From: a virus
DNA length: 64,000 nucleotides
Reading direction: 5' to 3' (one strand)
IMG/VR virus record: IMGVR_UViG_3300025405_000009
Location: 1 to 64,000 of that record
Shown: piece by piece, positions 33,339 through 44,488 of the stretch
Position numbering within the stretch: position 1 is the stretch's first letter
How the letters are laid out: the number at the start of each line of letters is the position of its first letter
The notes under the pieces: model-generated
Told to the model about the DNA's origin: nothing
The model's input: only the letters and a program-made list of their open reading frames with translations
Database searches by the model: none
Made by a program: the position numbers and the translations under genes

Positions 33339-35108
33339 TTAGGCAGGTGGTGCTTCACCGCCCGCTGGTGGAGCTTCAGCTCCTGGTGCACCGGCTTCAG
33401 CGCCAGGAGCGGTTTCTGTAGGAGCTGGACCAAAGGCTGGAGGTGTGCCTGTTGGAGCTGCTCCACCGCCTCCACCACCACCTAATTCACCAGGCGCACC
33501 TGCTGCACCACCTGTAAGGGATCCAACCTCACGCCAATCTGGACCATTATTTTCAATCTGAGAAAGTTCCCACATAAGTTCTTTATCCTTACGTAAGAAT
33601 TCTCTATTTGCCATAACATCGGTATCAGACCATCCAAGATATCTCTTTTGTGCGTATGTCTTAGAGACATAATCACTTTGAGTAATTTGATTAAAGTTTT
33701 CAGCCTTAAGTTGAAACTTTTGATTTTCTCTTAATTCGTAGAAATTTGTTGGAACATTAAAATGAAGATCAATATTTGAATCCTTAAGTCTCATTTCTTC
33801 AAATAAACCTTTAAGCTTAATATGAGTTAAGAATCCATTCTTTAATCCTCCTGCAAAACGTTGTTGTTGACGAATAATAAATCTAGCAAACTTTAACTCT
33901 TCACGAAGAATATCTGTACCGTCCTTAAATGTATCATCAGGATTTAATCTATTAGATGGTACTTTAAGAGACTTATAAAGCTTTTTAACGAAGTACATTA
34001 AGTCAGTCAATTCACCAAGGTTAGCTCCACCTGGGAGTTGAGTAACTGAAGTACCTTCTGATCCTTGACGCTTGGCAAACCAAAAGCTATCCAACATGGA
34101 TTGCGGATTAAACTGCTGAACGGTAGCACCTTGATTAGCATCGTAGTTACGCTTAGACCAATAGTTGGTCATTAACTTACGAAGATATGCCTCAGCTTTC
34201 GGGCCGTTCATATTACCGACATCAACGTTAAAGACAAGACGTTCAGGAGCACGTACAAGACGATAGATGACAATAGCGTCCTCGATAAGACTTAACTGAC
34301 GATAAGCTCTACGTGCATTTTCAATAAACGGAAGACGAAGGGTTTTATTTTCATTCCAGATACCAGAATTAATATAAGTTACCTGATTGATATCCATTGG
34401 AATAAGTTCTGTCTTAGCTACCTTACCTGGATTCTTTGCATCAAAAACAGGCTTACGCAAGAGATAACCCTTAGTAATCATATTCTGAACATTTTCAAAA
34501 ATAGGATCAATGACATCCGATGGAATAGTTACAACACCAAGAATACCCTCTTTTGGATATTTCTTATGTATAATGTGTTCCCAATAAATTTCAGCATCAA
34601 CAAGAATTTGACGACAATATTCCCAACCTCTATTTTCAAAGTCAAAGTATCCAATATACTTTTGAAACTCTCTTTTGAGTTTTGTTTTTTGAGAATCAGA
34701 CAAATCTACATCAACAAATCGTAATTTTACAATTTCGCCATGCTCATCCTTGTTAATAAATTCATCACAAATTTCATCCAAAGCATCAGCAACTTCTGAA
34801 AAAGCTGCCATAACTCTATAATCCATTAATCTACGACCCTTATCCGGTTGGATATTGGCGTACATAAAATCATGATAATCTTTATTCTGTAAGACATTAG
34901 CATACTGATCATCAGTTGTAGATATGGAAGACGATACAGACTGACGAACAAGAGCGCCTTGTTTATCTGAACCCTTTTGATAAAAAAGAGAATATTTTGG
35001 ATTTAACTCATTAATTTTATCAGCTGCATTATATGTCTGATAGGGAAGCTTAGATGAAACATACTTCATCAACTCTCTTCCGAATGTACTTTCTCTATTT
35101 TGATCCAT
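33339..35108 (-). CDS. gp20: portal protein
   Basis: EDAIVIYRLVRAPERLVFNVDVGNM, KLYKSLKVP. Confidence 0.97.
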   Translation of the reverse strand: MDQNRESTFGRELMKYVSSKLPYQTYNAADKINELNPKYSLFYQKGSDKQGALVRQSVSSSISTTDDQYANVLQNKDYHDFMYANIQPDKGRRLMDYRVMAAFSEVADALDEICDEFINKDEHGEIVKLRFVDVDLSDSQKTKLKREFQKYIGYFDFENRGWEYCRQILVDAEIYWEHIIHKKYPKEGILGVVTIPSDVIDPIFENVQNMITKGYLLRKPVFDAKNPGKVAKTELIPMDINQVTYINSGIWNENKTLRLPFIENARRAYRQLSLIEDAIVIYRLVRAPERLVFNVDVGNMNGPKAEAYLRKLMTNYWSKRNYDANQGATVQQFNPQSMLDSFWFAKRQGSEGTSVTQLPGGANLGELTDLMYFVKKLYKSLKVPSNRLNPDDTFKDGTDILREELKFARFIIRQQQRFAGGLKNGFLTHIKLKGLFEEMRLKDSNIDLHFNVPTNFYELRENQKFQLKAENFNQITQSDYVSKTYAQKRYLGWSDTDVMANREFLRKDKELMWELSQIENNGPDWREVGSLTGGAAGAPGELGGGGGGGAAPTGTPPAFGPAPTETAPGAEAGAPGAEAPPAGGEAPPA

Positions 35109-35133
35109 GGCTTATAATTTATTTATAGATTTT

Positions 35134-37365
35134 TTAGGTTAATGCTATCTGAACTGCAGAAGTAAATAAACCTAAACCTTTTGTAAGTTCATAACTAATA
35201 ATATTTTGCATAATACCATTGTCGTTGCTCCACGCATTATATCCACTTTGACTTGATAGAAGTGTAGTTAAGGTATCAGTCCAATTTATAATATTGTTGT
35301 ATAATACACCATCTGTTGTATTTTTGAATGTATAGAATTTATAATAGTTAGATATATTAGTTCCTGTAATACTATTTGGTACAATAAGATTCCAACCCCA
35401 GTTAGGGCTATATGTAGAAAGTGGTACTGCAGAACTTGTAATATAATAACTACTAATATTATTGACTAGAGTATAGATATTTGAAAATTTTTCTAAAGCA
35501 ACAATAGGAACACCCGGGATAACTATACCCGTAGCTGGGCTAATATATGTTCCAAGATTTGATCCAATTGAACGATCAGTATATAGACTAATATTATTAT
35601 CAAAATTAGTATTATAAGAATTTAAACTGCCCCATAATTTTTGTTGTTTAATAGATAATATATCTATCATACGTCTTAATTGTGGTGGGTAGGTATAATT
35701 GTATTGTTCAAATTGAATAGATAATTCTTCACATATTGACAATAAAGAATTAACATTTGAATAATCGATATCAGAAATATTTTCTACAAAGTTAGATATC
35801 TTTTCATAAACTGTTTTGCCGAGTTCATAAGGATACGCATTAATATCACCAACAATTGTTCCGAGAAATCCAGTAAAGAAATTATCATACTCTAACAATG
35901 GTTCCTGAAAGCGTAGAGATTTATAAAAACTAGATGCATCCCAATTTTCATTTACTTTAGCGATATTATATTGACCTGCTGTTGTATAAATGCTAAACGT
36001 ATTAGATATACCGCTTAGTGTTGTTTGATAGCTAGATAATGGATCTATAACAACCAAAGAGGCTGTTAACGCGCAGCTTAATGCTGTGTTTTGTGATGTA
36101 AAATACCCTTTATAAAAACTACCAATTGATTGTACAGCACCTGGATTTACAAAATCTTCTGTGAATGTTACACCTGGTAATGGATATAGATTGCCTGCAT
36201 TATCATAATAGACAATACCAGTTTGTACATTATTAACTACTATTGAAGGTGATACATTAGGATTAGCAACAGATGAAGAAAGTACTGGATAGAATTTTGT
36301 AGTAAAATTATTAATATCTTTTAACGTTATTACGTAGGGAATTTGAGTGTTCTGCCAACTTATTGTTGGTATATTAAAAATAGATGATACAGCATTTGCT
36401 AAAGTGCCTTCACCAGTAATTCCGTTTGTTGATATACCTAAGGCTGTGGCAGGACTATAATATGTATTATTTCTTTGAATTGATAATACAGCAGGTGATA
36501 AATTTTGATATCCAATAGGAGGATAATTAACGTAGTTATATAAATCTGTTTTTAATGTAAATTTATCTTCAAAACGTGAACCATCAATAGTAGCAAAAAG
36601 ATATATAGGTGTTTTTTTAAGAATATCTTTAATAGAATCATCCGTATAGTAAATTTGACAATATCCAGTTGTACCGGCTATTGTAGCACCTATATCATTG
36701 GGACCACAACGCTGTATTTTATTATTTTGTATGTTAGCGTAGATTACAGTTTGAATTGTTGAAAGTGAATCAACTGCAACGTACTGAGTATTATTAAATA
36801 AATTCTCAATAGCAAAAAATTGATTTAATACATGTAAATGAGACCACTTATTACCGTAAAAATCAGCTGCAGTTTCGTAACTGCCACCAGCTCCAGATGC
36901 ATAAAAATTAACTGTATAACCTGTAGCGCTCAATGCAGGGTATGATTGCCAGCTGTTAAATGTATTAACAGTAAATGGTCCCATAATCTTAGCACTTAAA
37001 GCATTATTTGAATAACCCTGCCATGTTAATGTTGTTGGTACGAAATCAAAAACTTGAACTGTAGGATTGTATGAACTATCGTAAGCATTTCCGTTACCAT
37101 CATAAATTGTTAACGTAATTTTATAACTACCCGGCCATTCATAAACATGACTTGCTGTAATGCTTGTTGCAAATGTACCGTCACCAAAATTCCAATGTAT
37201 ATACTCATTAGATATTACATTATTACCTGAAAGTAAACTAGAAGTAGAAAAATCAGGTACAAAACTAAGTGGGGTATTGCTTAGTGTATAGGTACTAAGA
37301 GATTTTGTTCCAGTATAATCGTAGATACTAAACTGTATATTATTGTATTGTACACTGTATGACAT
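35134..37365 (-). CDS. baseplate wedge protein with PKD domain (gp7-like)
   Basis: WNFGDG..SHVYEWPGSYKITL PKD motif; follows gp6. Confidence 0.6.
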   Translation of the reverse strand: MSYSVQYNNIQFSIYDYTGTKSLSTYTLSNTPLSFVPDFSTSSLLSGNNVISNEYIHWNFGDGTFATSITASHVYEWPGSYKITLTIYDGNGNAYDSSYNPTVQVFDFVPTTLTWQGYSNNALSAKIMGPFTVNTFNSWQSYPALSATGYTVNFYASGAGGSYETAADFYGNKWSHLHVLNQFFAIENLFNNTQYVAVDSLSTIQTVIYANIQNNKIQRCGPNDIGATIAGTTGYCQIYYTDDSIKDILKKTPIYLFATIDGSRFEDKFTLKTDLYNYVNYPPIGYQNLSPAVLSIQRNNTYYSPATALGISTNGITGEGTLANAVSSIFNIPTISWQNTQIPYVITLKDINNFTTKFYPVLSSSVANPNVSPSIVVNNVQTGIVYYDNAGNLYPLPGVTFTEDFVNPGAVQSIGSFYKGYFTSQNTALSCALTASLVVIDPLSSYQTTLSGISNTFSIYTTAGQYNIAKVNENWDASSFYKSLRFQEPLLEYDNFFTGFLGTIVGDINAYPYELGKTVYEKISNFVENISDIDYSNVNSLLSICEELSIQFEQYNYTYPPQLRRMIDILSIKQQKLWGSLNSYNTNFDNNISLYTDRSIGSNLGTYISPATGIVIPGVPIVALEKFSNIYTLVNNISSYYITSSAVPLSTYSPNWGWNLIVPNSITGTNISNYYKFYTFKNTTDGVLYNNIINWTDTLTTLLSSQSGYNAWSNDNGIMQNIISYELTKGLGLFTSAVQIALT

Positions 37366-37366
37366 T

Positions 37367-39277
37367 TTATGCTGTTACAAGAGATTGTATACTTGGTGTT
37401 ACTACATTAATTTTATTAATAAAATTTGCAGCATTGTTGAGATATGGATATTTAAAATATGGCAATTGAATATCCTGGCTAACAATTCCAATATCATTAT
37501 AAGGATAAACAGGGTTAAATAAAAGTAAGTTAACACCTGGTACACTGTAAGTTGTACCGTCTGTTAATTGAGCTACTGTGTGTACATTAGTAATATCACC
37601 TATCTGTAAAATTGCATTAGTGAGTTCATTTATGCTTAATAATAAACCCAAATTATCATTTGTTGTGGCAAAATAACTTGTAAAAATATTAGCAACTTGA
37701 AGTGCAATAGCATTTGTGCTTTGTTTTGCAGTGGGTGATCTTGTAATAACAAGTTGAGTATACTGAGCAATACTCGGATCAACAGCTTGATTAGGAATAT
37801 TGATTCCTAAATCAACTTGCATATAAATAGGATCATTAAGAACAGTCTCTGTAGTAACTAATTGAGTATCTTGAAGACTGTTTAAAATAAGCTGCTTTTG
37901 TGATGAATTTAAATAATTAGTACGTGCAGTTAAACTAGATGTTTTTTGAAGATTAGGTACAACGTACACATATACATTGTTAAAGTTTGTTGAATCTGCA
38001 AATTTTACCTGATTGAATAATACACGAGACTCTGTGTTAGGTGATGTAACGCCAAGATCAAAGTAATACTTTAAATGTCCCTGTACATATTTCCAATTAT
38101 TAACAACACGACATGAAGCAACAATATTCTTAAACTTATTTGTTACGAATGACTGGTAATCGGTTGCTGTTACAAGTCTGTACTGTGATTGAAAAGTATT
38201 ACTTGCATTTGTACGAATGCTATTAACACTCTCAATATCATTAAATGGTGTTGATGGGTCTGTGTTTGTAAGTGTGATATTAGCAAGTTGTGGTGCAGTT
38301 AACACATTTAAATTAACAGGGGTAGTATTGCTCTGTATCGCTGAAAATTGCGATGTATTATATAAGAAAATCTTACCACCGTTAAGAATATTAGCACCAA
38401 TTTGTCCTGCTGCACCATCTGACTTAATATAATAAATCGCTACCTGATCACCAGAGTTAAGTTGTTGACCGGTAATATTATTACCAAATTTTATTTCATA
38501 TCTACCATTTTCATTGAGACGAATTTCATACGCATTTGCATTTGATCTTTCAAGGAAAAGAGATTGAACTGGTGCCCACTTAACCCATGTTGGTGTAGTT
38601 GCAGTATTATTACGTACATATACATCAATAGTAAAATGATCAATAACTGTATTACTACCAGCTGAATCTATGTTTGTAAGAGTAATGAGTTCAAATGGAG
38701 ATCCAACTGCAGTATAAAGCGGATATTCAACATATTTACCTTGATATAAAACCGCATTATTTTGTAGATCTGTTAATTGCTCTGTTTGATTTGTATTCTT
38801 AGCAAAAGTAACATCTGTATTAAATGAAAAAACGGTTCCACCTGCAGATACATAACTATAACGAGGTAAGGTATATAAAGCTGGCGGTAGGTTAGCATTG
38901 CTTGTTGCTTGAAACGGTAAAACGCTTGTTTGAGCACCAATTGGTCTATAACCAATAAGTTTAACAATTTTATTAATATTTTCGTATAATTCAGCAGTTG
39001 AAAATGTAGCTTCAGCCCCTGTTCTGTTCAAATAGAACAAAAGAACATGATACGCATACGCAACAATATCAATAATAGAAGAAATATTACTGCCTTCATA
39101 ATTTTGATCAGTAATAATGTTATTAGCATTAAGTCTATTAATGATAAGGCTTTTAAGACTCAATGCATCAAAAGCTGCATACCCATCAACAGGTAAATTA
39201 AAATCATTAAATGTATTTTGTGGCTGCTGGGGATGTGGTAAAGCCACAATTGCAGCTGTTGTTAGTGATGTTGCCAT
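37367..39277 (-). CDS. gp6: baseplate wedge subunit
   Basis: FDALSLK...DQNYEGSNISSIID..AY, RLVTATDY. Confidence 0.92.
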   Translation of the reverse strand: MATSLTTAAIVALPHPQQPQNTFNDFNLPVDGYAAFDALSLKSLIINRLNANNIITDQNYEGSNISSIIDIVAYAYHVLLFYLNRTGAEATFSTAELYENINKIVKLIGYRPIGAQTSVLPFQATSNANLPPALYTLPRYSYVSAGGTVFSFNTDVTFAKNTNQTEQLTDLQNNAVLYQGKYVEYPLYTAVGSPFELITLTNIDSAGSNTVIDHFTIDVYVRNNTATTPTWVKWAPVQSLFLERSNANAYEIRLNENGRYEIKFGNNITGQQLNSGDQVAIYYIKSDGAAGQIGANILNGGKIFLYNTSQFSAIQSNTTPVNLNVLTAPQLANITLTNTDPSTPFNDIESVNSIRTNASNTFQSQYRLVTATDYQSFVTNKFKNIVASCRVVNNWKYVQGHLKYYFDLGVTSPNTESRVLFNQVKFADSTNFNNVYVYVVPNLQKTSSLTARTNYLNSSQKQLILNSLQDTQLVTTETVLNDPIYMQVDLGINIPNQAVDPSIAQYTQLVITRSPTAKQSTNAIALQVANIFTSYFATTNDNLGLLLSINELTNAILQIGDITNVHTVAQLTDGTTYSVPGVNLLLFNPVYPYNDIGIVSQDIQLPYFKYPYLNNAANFINKINVVTPSIQSLVTA

Positions 39278-39279
39278 AT

Positions 39280-39753
39280 TTAGTTAATGTAGAATCCAGA
39301 ATTACTTAATGTACCTACTATCTGGAAGCTTGTATTGTTTAGTGTTGGAACAGATAAACTAATTGTTATTAAGAAAGTATTTGTAGCTGGTTGAGCTATA
39401 ACTTGAATTTTATTAATGCTTACGCGTGGTTCAAAAGTTGTTATATTATACTGAATTTCTTGACCAATAAGTGCAGCTGTATCCTCATCACAAGGTTGAA
39501 AGATATATTGAGATAAATTTGATCCAAAAAACGGATTTAATATCTTTTGACCAGGAATTGTTAAAAATATATTGGTAATAGAATTTTTTATGGCTCCAAG
39601 ATCGTAATCTACAATTATATCAGTAATTTCATAATTACGCTGTGCTTCTTGATTTACAAGATATTTGTACTGTATATCTAAATGAAGATCTGAGTACGTA
39701 AACGGGTTTGTAAGCTTCGTTTGTTTCTGAAGAGTTTGTAGTTTTATCGCCAC
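39280..39753 (-). CDS. gp25: baseplate wedge subunit
   Basis: YSDL, AIKNSITNIFLTIPGQKILNPFFGS, FEPRV. Confidence 0.92.
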   Translation of the reverse strand: MAIKLQTLQKQTKLTNPFTYSDLHLDIQYKYLVNQEAQRNYEITDIIVDYDLGAIKNSITNIFLTIPGQKILNPFFGSNLSQYIFQPCDEDTAALIGQEIQYNITTFEPRVSINKIQVIAQPATNTFLITISLSVPTLNNTSFQIVGTLSNSGFYIN

Positions 39754-39811
39754 ATTATTATTTATAGATACTCTATTCCTTTAAAAACCAAACACTGCGG
39801 CATAAATAAAT

Positions 39812-40429
39812 ATGATGAAGAAAAAGTTCTTAAAACTCTATGAAAGCAATATGTCTCGCTTAAACCGCGGTGGTTACCTAGTTGGCGATATTGTTAAGTT
39901 CAAAGATAATGCTCTTAGTCATAATTATTGTAAACAAGTCTCTGATGTAATTCGTCAAAGTATTAAGGATTATATGGAGGATGGTTGCACTTTAAGAGTT
40001 AAAAATATTACAAACGTTTATCCAGCTGTTCTTGGTGCAGGTAATTCAGATGATATTGGTGATGTAAATATTGAAGTATGTAGAGAATACGCTCCTGGTC
40101 GTTTTGATCAAGCCGGTATTTTAGTTCATCCAGACATGCTTATTGTAGTTGATGTATATCCAAATCTTACACCTGTTCCTGATAAGTTTAAATATGACAG
40201 TAAGGTAACTATTAAGCCTGTTAATGCTGAAGACAAATTAGCTTCAGAAGATGAAGAAGTACCTTTTTACTCACCAAGAGGTAAAACTCATAGATCAGAT
40301 GTACACGGTAAGTTAGAAGCAGGTGATCGTAAATTAAATAACAAAAATGTACCTATTGCTACAAATCATAATGTAGTAGCTAAAGATCCCGCCTCCTACG
40401 TATATAACTATCTTCCTAAAAATTCTTAA
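39812..40429 (+). CDS. late hypothetical protein
   Basis: TAAATA upstream; MKKKFLKLYE start. Confidence 0.75.
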   Translation: MMKKKFLKLYESNMSRLNRGGYLVGDIVKFKDNALSHNYCKQVSDVIRQSIKDYMEDGCTLRVKNITNVYPAVLGAGNSDDIGDVNIEVCREYAPGRFDQAGILVHPDMLIVVDVYPNLTPVPDKFKYDSKVTIKPVNAEDKLASEDEEVPFYSPRGKTHRSDVHGKLEAGDRKLNNKNVPIATNHNVVAKDPASYVYNYLPKNS

Positions 40430-41351
40430 TCTCTGATAGCGCTATTAAGCAGCTATAGCAGTTAATTTCTTGATCTACGCAGAACGAAGATCTATACAGA
40501 TATTCCGAAACAGTAAGGAGATAAAATTTCTTAAGTTCACTATTTTTTTCGTTAGCATCAATAAAATTAAACAACGCACGAAGTAAACTTACGTAATCAG
40601 CATTAAATGTTTGCTCTGATTCAATCAGAGCTTTACGGAGAGTTTCAACATTTCGTCCTTTTACTTCATTAAAAATTAATTGAAGTACTTCGTTATTAGT
40701 TGTATCCTTTAATACAAGCTTACCACTAGTTGTAGATTTTTGAAGCTCATTAATACATTTACGAAGATCTGGATAATTTGATTTAACAAATGCAATAAAT
40801 GTTTTCTTTTGATTATCTTCTAAAGCTATACCTTCTTGTTTAAGAATACTAGCACATCTCTTTACAACCTGTTCAATAGGAGGAGTTAAATCAATACTCT
40901 GACAACGACTTTGTAGAGCAGGAATAATACGATATTTGTAATTTGCTGTAAGGATAAATCTAGTAACGCCAGCATATTCCTCCATTGTATTTCTTAGAGC
41001 ACGCTGTCCTTCAAGGGACACCCCATCACATTCATCTAAAATAATAACTTTAATTTTACCATCAAAGCTCTTTGTCTGTGCAAAATGTGTTACTTTATTA
41101 CGAATTGTATCAATACCATTTTCATCAGAAGCATTAATATAGAGATACTGACACTGAAGAATATCATTGACAATAATCTTAGCAAGAGAAGTTTTACCAA
41201 TGCCTGGTGTACCAATAAAGAGAAGATTTGGAATCTCTTCTTTAGCTCTAAATGAATCAATAGAAGATTTAATATCTGTATCACCAATAAAGTCGGTTAA
41301 AACTTTAGGTCTATACTTTTCTACCCACAAAGATGAAAAATCGTAACTCAT
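40416..41351 (-). CDS. gp44: clamp loader AAA+ subunit
   Basis: LWVEKYRP, GTPGIGKT, IILDECD, QSRC. Confidence 0.95.
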   Translation of the reverse strand: MSYDFSSLWVEKYRPKVLTDFIGDTDIKSSIDSFRAKEEIPNLLFIGTPGIGKTSLAKIIVNDILQCQYLYINASDENGIDTIRNKVTHFAQTKSFDGKIKVIILDECDGVSLEGQRALRNTMEEYAGVTRFILTANYKYRIIPALQSRCQSIDLTPPIEQVVKRCASILKQEGIALEDNQKKTFIAFVKSNYPDLRKCINELQKSTTSGKLVLKDTTNNEVLQLIFNEVKGRNVETLRKALIESEQTFNADYVSLLRALFNFIDANEKNSELKKFYLLTVSEYLYRSSFCVDQEINCYSCLIALSEIKNF

Positions 41352-41806
41352 TATTTACCAGATGAACCAAATCCCTTATCACCGCGATCGGATTGCTCAG
41401 CTTTACCCCACTCTACTGCCATTGGAAAGTTCATATAAACAACAAACTGAGCTATACGATCACCGGCTTTAACCGCATAGTTCACATCTGTATTGTTATA
41501 GAGCTTGATACCGGCATCACCACGGTAGCCGTTATCAATAATACCAGGGTGAGCGTGAATACCATGTTTAAATCCCATTCCACTTCTTGATTCAACCTTA
41601 ACCCAATATCCTTCTGGAATGTGAGCGAACTTTAAACCAACACCTACTACTGCGCTACCGCGTGCTGGAATCAATACATCTTCTACGCTATAAACATCGT
41701 ATCCAGTATCTGATACATTGTTCTTAGTTGGAAGCTTGGCAGACTCATGAGTCTTTTCAAACTTTAAAACTGGTAAATAAATTAGATTAGGGTCTATATC
41801 AGGCAT
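41351..41806 (-). CDS. dut: trimeric dUTPase
   Basis: DTGYD, SRSG, GIIDNGYRG, GDRIAQ, RGDKGFGSSG. Confidence 0.97.
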   Translation of the reverse strand: MPDIDPNLIYLPVLKFEKTHESAKLPTKNNVSDTGYDVYSVEDVLIPARGSAVVGVGLKFAHIPEGYWVKVESRSGMGFKHGIHAHPGIIDNGYRGDAGIKLYNNTDVNYAVKAGDRIAQFVVYMNFPMAVEWGKAEQSDRGDKGFGSSGK

Positions 41807-41865
41807 ATATACTATAGTATATTATCTAGCAAAGAAATCAACAGGTAATAAGTAATAACACAAAT

Positions 41866-42333
41866 ATGAATGATGAAGTTCAGGATATGGTTGGTTCCTT
41901 AATCGATCAATTAAAAGAAAATAATCAAGTTGCCGATAAAGTTAAAACAGTTCGTGAGCCTTTAAAGAAGGAAGAGCTTGAAGATTTTGTTAGAGAAAAA
42001 GGGGCTAATCTTATTGAAGATGCTTTAGAGATGGTAGCTACAGTAAAGGATTTTATTATATCAGCACCAAACGCTGAAGATGTAGAAGCTTTATCTGGGC
42101 TTATTAATGCTACAGCTGCAGCCATGGATACACTTAATAAGATTAATATTCAAGATAAGAAAAGTGATACGTCTGTTAAACTTAAAGAAATGGATATTAA
42201 ATCAAAGAAAGAACTTCAACAAGCTGATGCTGGTGTTAAGCTTCTGACAACAAGAGAAGAAGTTTTAAAAATGCTTGTTAATAATGCTAAGCCATTACAG
42301 GCTGAAATTATTGAAGATAAGCGTTTAGATTAA
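41866..42333 (+). CDS. terminase small subunit-like protein
   Basis: Helical 155 aa, EALSGLINATAAAMDTL...TTREEVLKML resembles T4 gp16 pattern. Confidence 0.45.
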   Translation: MNDEVQDMVGSLIDQLKENNQVADKVKTVREPLKKEELEDFVREKGANLIEDALEMVATVKDFIISAPNAEDVEALSGLINATAAAMDTLNKINIQDKKSDTSVKLKEMDIKSKKELQQADAGVKLLTTREEVLKMLVNNAKPLQAEIIEDKRLD

Positions 42334-43458
42334 TTATTTTAATTTTCCGCTATTTAAAGCATCAATTTGTGCTTGTGATCCAGCGCTCCATGTAACACCA
42401 AGCGGACCTGGTCTGGAAGCTAAAGGAGCGGGAGGTGAAACCATATTTGGTGTAACAGCTGTAGTACCTGGTGGTGGTGTAGGGTTATTAGGTGTATTGG
42501 GGGGTATTACGTTACCCTTAGCATCGTAATTGGTTTCTGTTGCATTGGAAAAAGTTGGTCCATTAGATGTAGCTGGGGCGTTATTTAAGAAAGAATTAGC
42601 ATTTTGTGTATTTGCAGGTTGCGCACTAGCAATTTGACTAGCTGCAGCTGAATCCAAGGCAGTTTGACTAGATGTAGGTGGTTCTTGAACTGGTTTATCA
42701 GTAACTGTATCTGAGGCAGTACCTGTTGGACTTTTACCAGATAAGTCATTCTTCTTAGCACCTGGTCCATTATTACAAGTTGTAAATTGCTTAACAGTAT
42801 TATTAATTAACTCATTTACATCAGGTATAATACTTGCTAATAACTTCTTAATATGCTCTGGGTCAAAGAATGCAGTAAGTTGATCATATAGCTTTTTAAT
42901 AGGCTCAAATAATTCATCAACAAGTACTTGAGCTTCATGTAGAATAAGCTGCTTAATTTGTTTTTCAGCTGCTGTAAAGTTTGCTTTCAATAATTTACCA
43001 ATATCAGGTACTGTTATATTAGGTATTTTTAAATTACAAATAACAGTCTTTATTTGTAAGGCAAGTTCAACAGCGCCGGTTATACTTGAAGGTATACTTG
43101 AACCACCAACACTAGATGCAAGGCTAAAGGCTTCAGCAAGAGGATTAGTATTTCCGTTAATTAATCCTGGACTACCTGCACCACTTCCGTTTCCGGCTAA
43201 TGATGGTAATCCGCCCTGTAAATTTAAACCACCGAAATTTGTTAATGCTCCTAAAGGATTATTTTCAAGATTGCTTAAAGCAGGTCCAACCCCTGGTATA
43301 GTATTAATAGTATTAAGTGCACCAGCAAGACTAGCATTACCACTTAAAAGAGAATTAACATTTGGTACACGACCGGCTAAATTTTGAATTACACCAGCAT
43401 TACCAGCATTAAAAATAGATTGAGACAAATTATGTTGATTTATAAATGTATTGTCCAT
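42334..43458 (-). CDS. low-complexity baseplate-associated protein
   Basis: N/G/P/A-rich, in operon after gp27-like. Confidence 0.5.
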   Translation of the reverse strand: MDNTFINQHNLSQSIFNAGNAGVIQNLAGRVPNVNSLLSGNASLAGALNTINTIPGVGPALSNLENNPLGALTNFGGLNLQGGLPSLAGNGSGAGSPGLINGNTNPLAEAFSLASSVGGSSIPSSITGAVELALQIKTVICNLKIPNITVPDIGKLLKANFTAAEKQIKQLILHEAQVLVDELFEPIKKLYDQLTAFFDPEHIKKLLASIIPDVNELINNTVKQFTTCNNGPGAKKNDLSGKSPTGTASDTVTDKPVQEPPTSSQTALDSAAASQIASAQPANTQNANSFLNNAPATSNGPTFSNATETNYDAKGNVIPPNTPNNPTPPPGTTAVTPNMVSPPAPLASRPGPLGVTWSAGSQAQIDALNSGKLK

Positions 43459-43459
43459 T

Positions 43460-44485
43460 TTAATTATTTATTAGTAATCCAGTTGAACCATTATTTGTTG
43501 GCTGACATCCGTTTGAAAGCTTAAGTTGTTTTGCAACAGGATCCACATTATTGTTGGTATTAGTATTTGTTGTAGAAGCTTGTGTACGCTTAAACGCTAA
43601 AACACTATTTTGCTTAGCAGGATTATGAGAATTTGTAATAAGAGATTTAGTTAAAAGATCTGCATCAATATTAGTCCCTTCAACATGATAGGTTATTGAC
43701 ATAGGTGTAATAAGTTGTTTATTACTGTAAGGATTTTGTGCTTTATTTTGTAAAGCTTCTAAAGGAGCTACAGGAGCTGATGCTCCGGGTCCAAGACTAT
43801 TAAAAAATTGACTATTAAGTGTTACAGCTTGATCAGGTGTTAATGGTTGATTAGCTGCACCTGTAGAAAATACATTACCCTCTCCATTTGGACCTGCTAA
43901 TGAAGCAACACCATTAGTAATATTTGGTACACCACCAGGCGGAGGTGTGTAAGCAGCCTGAGATCCAGTTGGTAAACTACCGCACTGTTTTGCAATAGCA
44001 GCTTGACCAGTAGCTGTTGGTGTAATAATAGATACACCTTGAAGATCACCTCTATTTAAAAATTTATCCGGTGAATCATTTACATTATCACTAGCCCATT
44101 GAGGTTGACCCGTAGTTGGGTCATTACCCATAAAAGTCATTGCATGACCGTTGGCTCCATATTGAAATGTTACAACAGTTCCAGGCGGTACATTAGCAAG
44201 GTCTGCTGAAGTAACTCCACCTGCAGGATAATCTTGATTAGCATTATATAAAGGTTTACCATCATCTGTTGTAGCGTTTTGATACTTTGATCTAGATGCC
44301 CAAGCGTTAGCAGCAACAGTATCAAATAACGCAGGGTTATTTGTCATTGAGGCCGCTACTGCACTAGCACCTCTTGCACACATATGGTTATATGTATCAG
44401 CATACGCTACTGGGCGACCAGCGGTCTGAGAGATTGAATACGCATTATTTAGAATTGCTACAGATGATGGGCTTGTTGTACTCAT
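43460..44485 (-). CDS. virion protein with NlpC/P60-CHAP-like amidase domain
   Basis: MCARG...PPGTVVTF...GHAMTFMG...WASD Cys-His pattern. Confidence 0.6.
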   Translation of the reverse strand: MSTTSPSSVAILNNAYSISQTAGRPVAYADTYNHMCARGASAVAASMTNNPALFDTVAANAWASRSKYQNATTDDGKPLYNANQDYPAGGVTSADLANVPPGTVVTFQYGANGHAMTFMGNDPTTGQPQWASDNVNDSPDKFLNRGDLQGVSIITPTATGQAAIAKQCGSLPTGSQAAYTPPPGGVPNITNGVASLAGPNGEGNVFSTGAANQPLTPDQAVTLNSQFFNSLGPGASAPVAPLEALQNKAQNPYSNKQLITPMSITYHVEGTNIDADLLTKSLITNSHNPAKQNSVLAFKRTQASTTNTNTNNNVDPVAKQLKLSNGCQPTNNGSTGLLINN

Positions 44486-44488
44486 ATA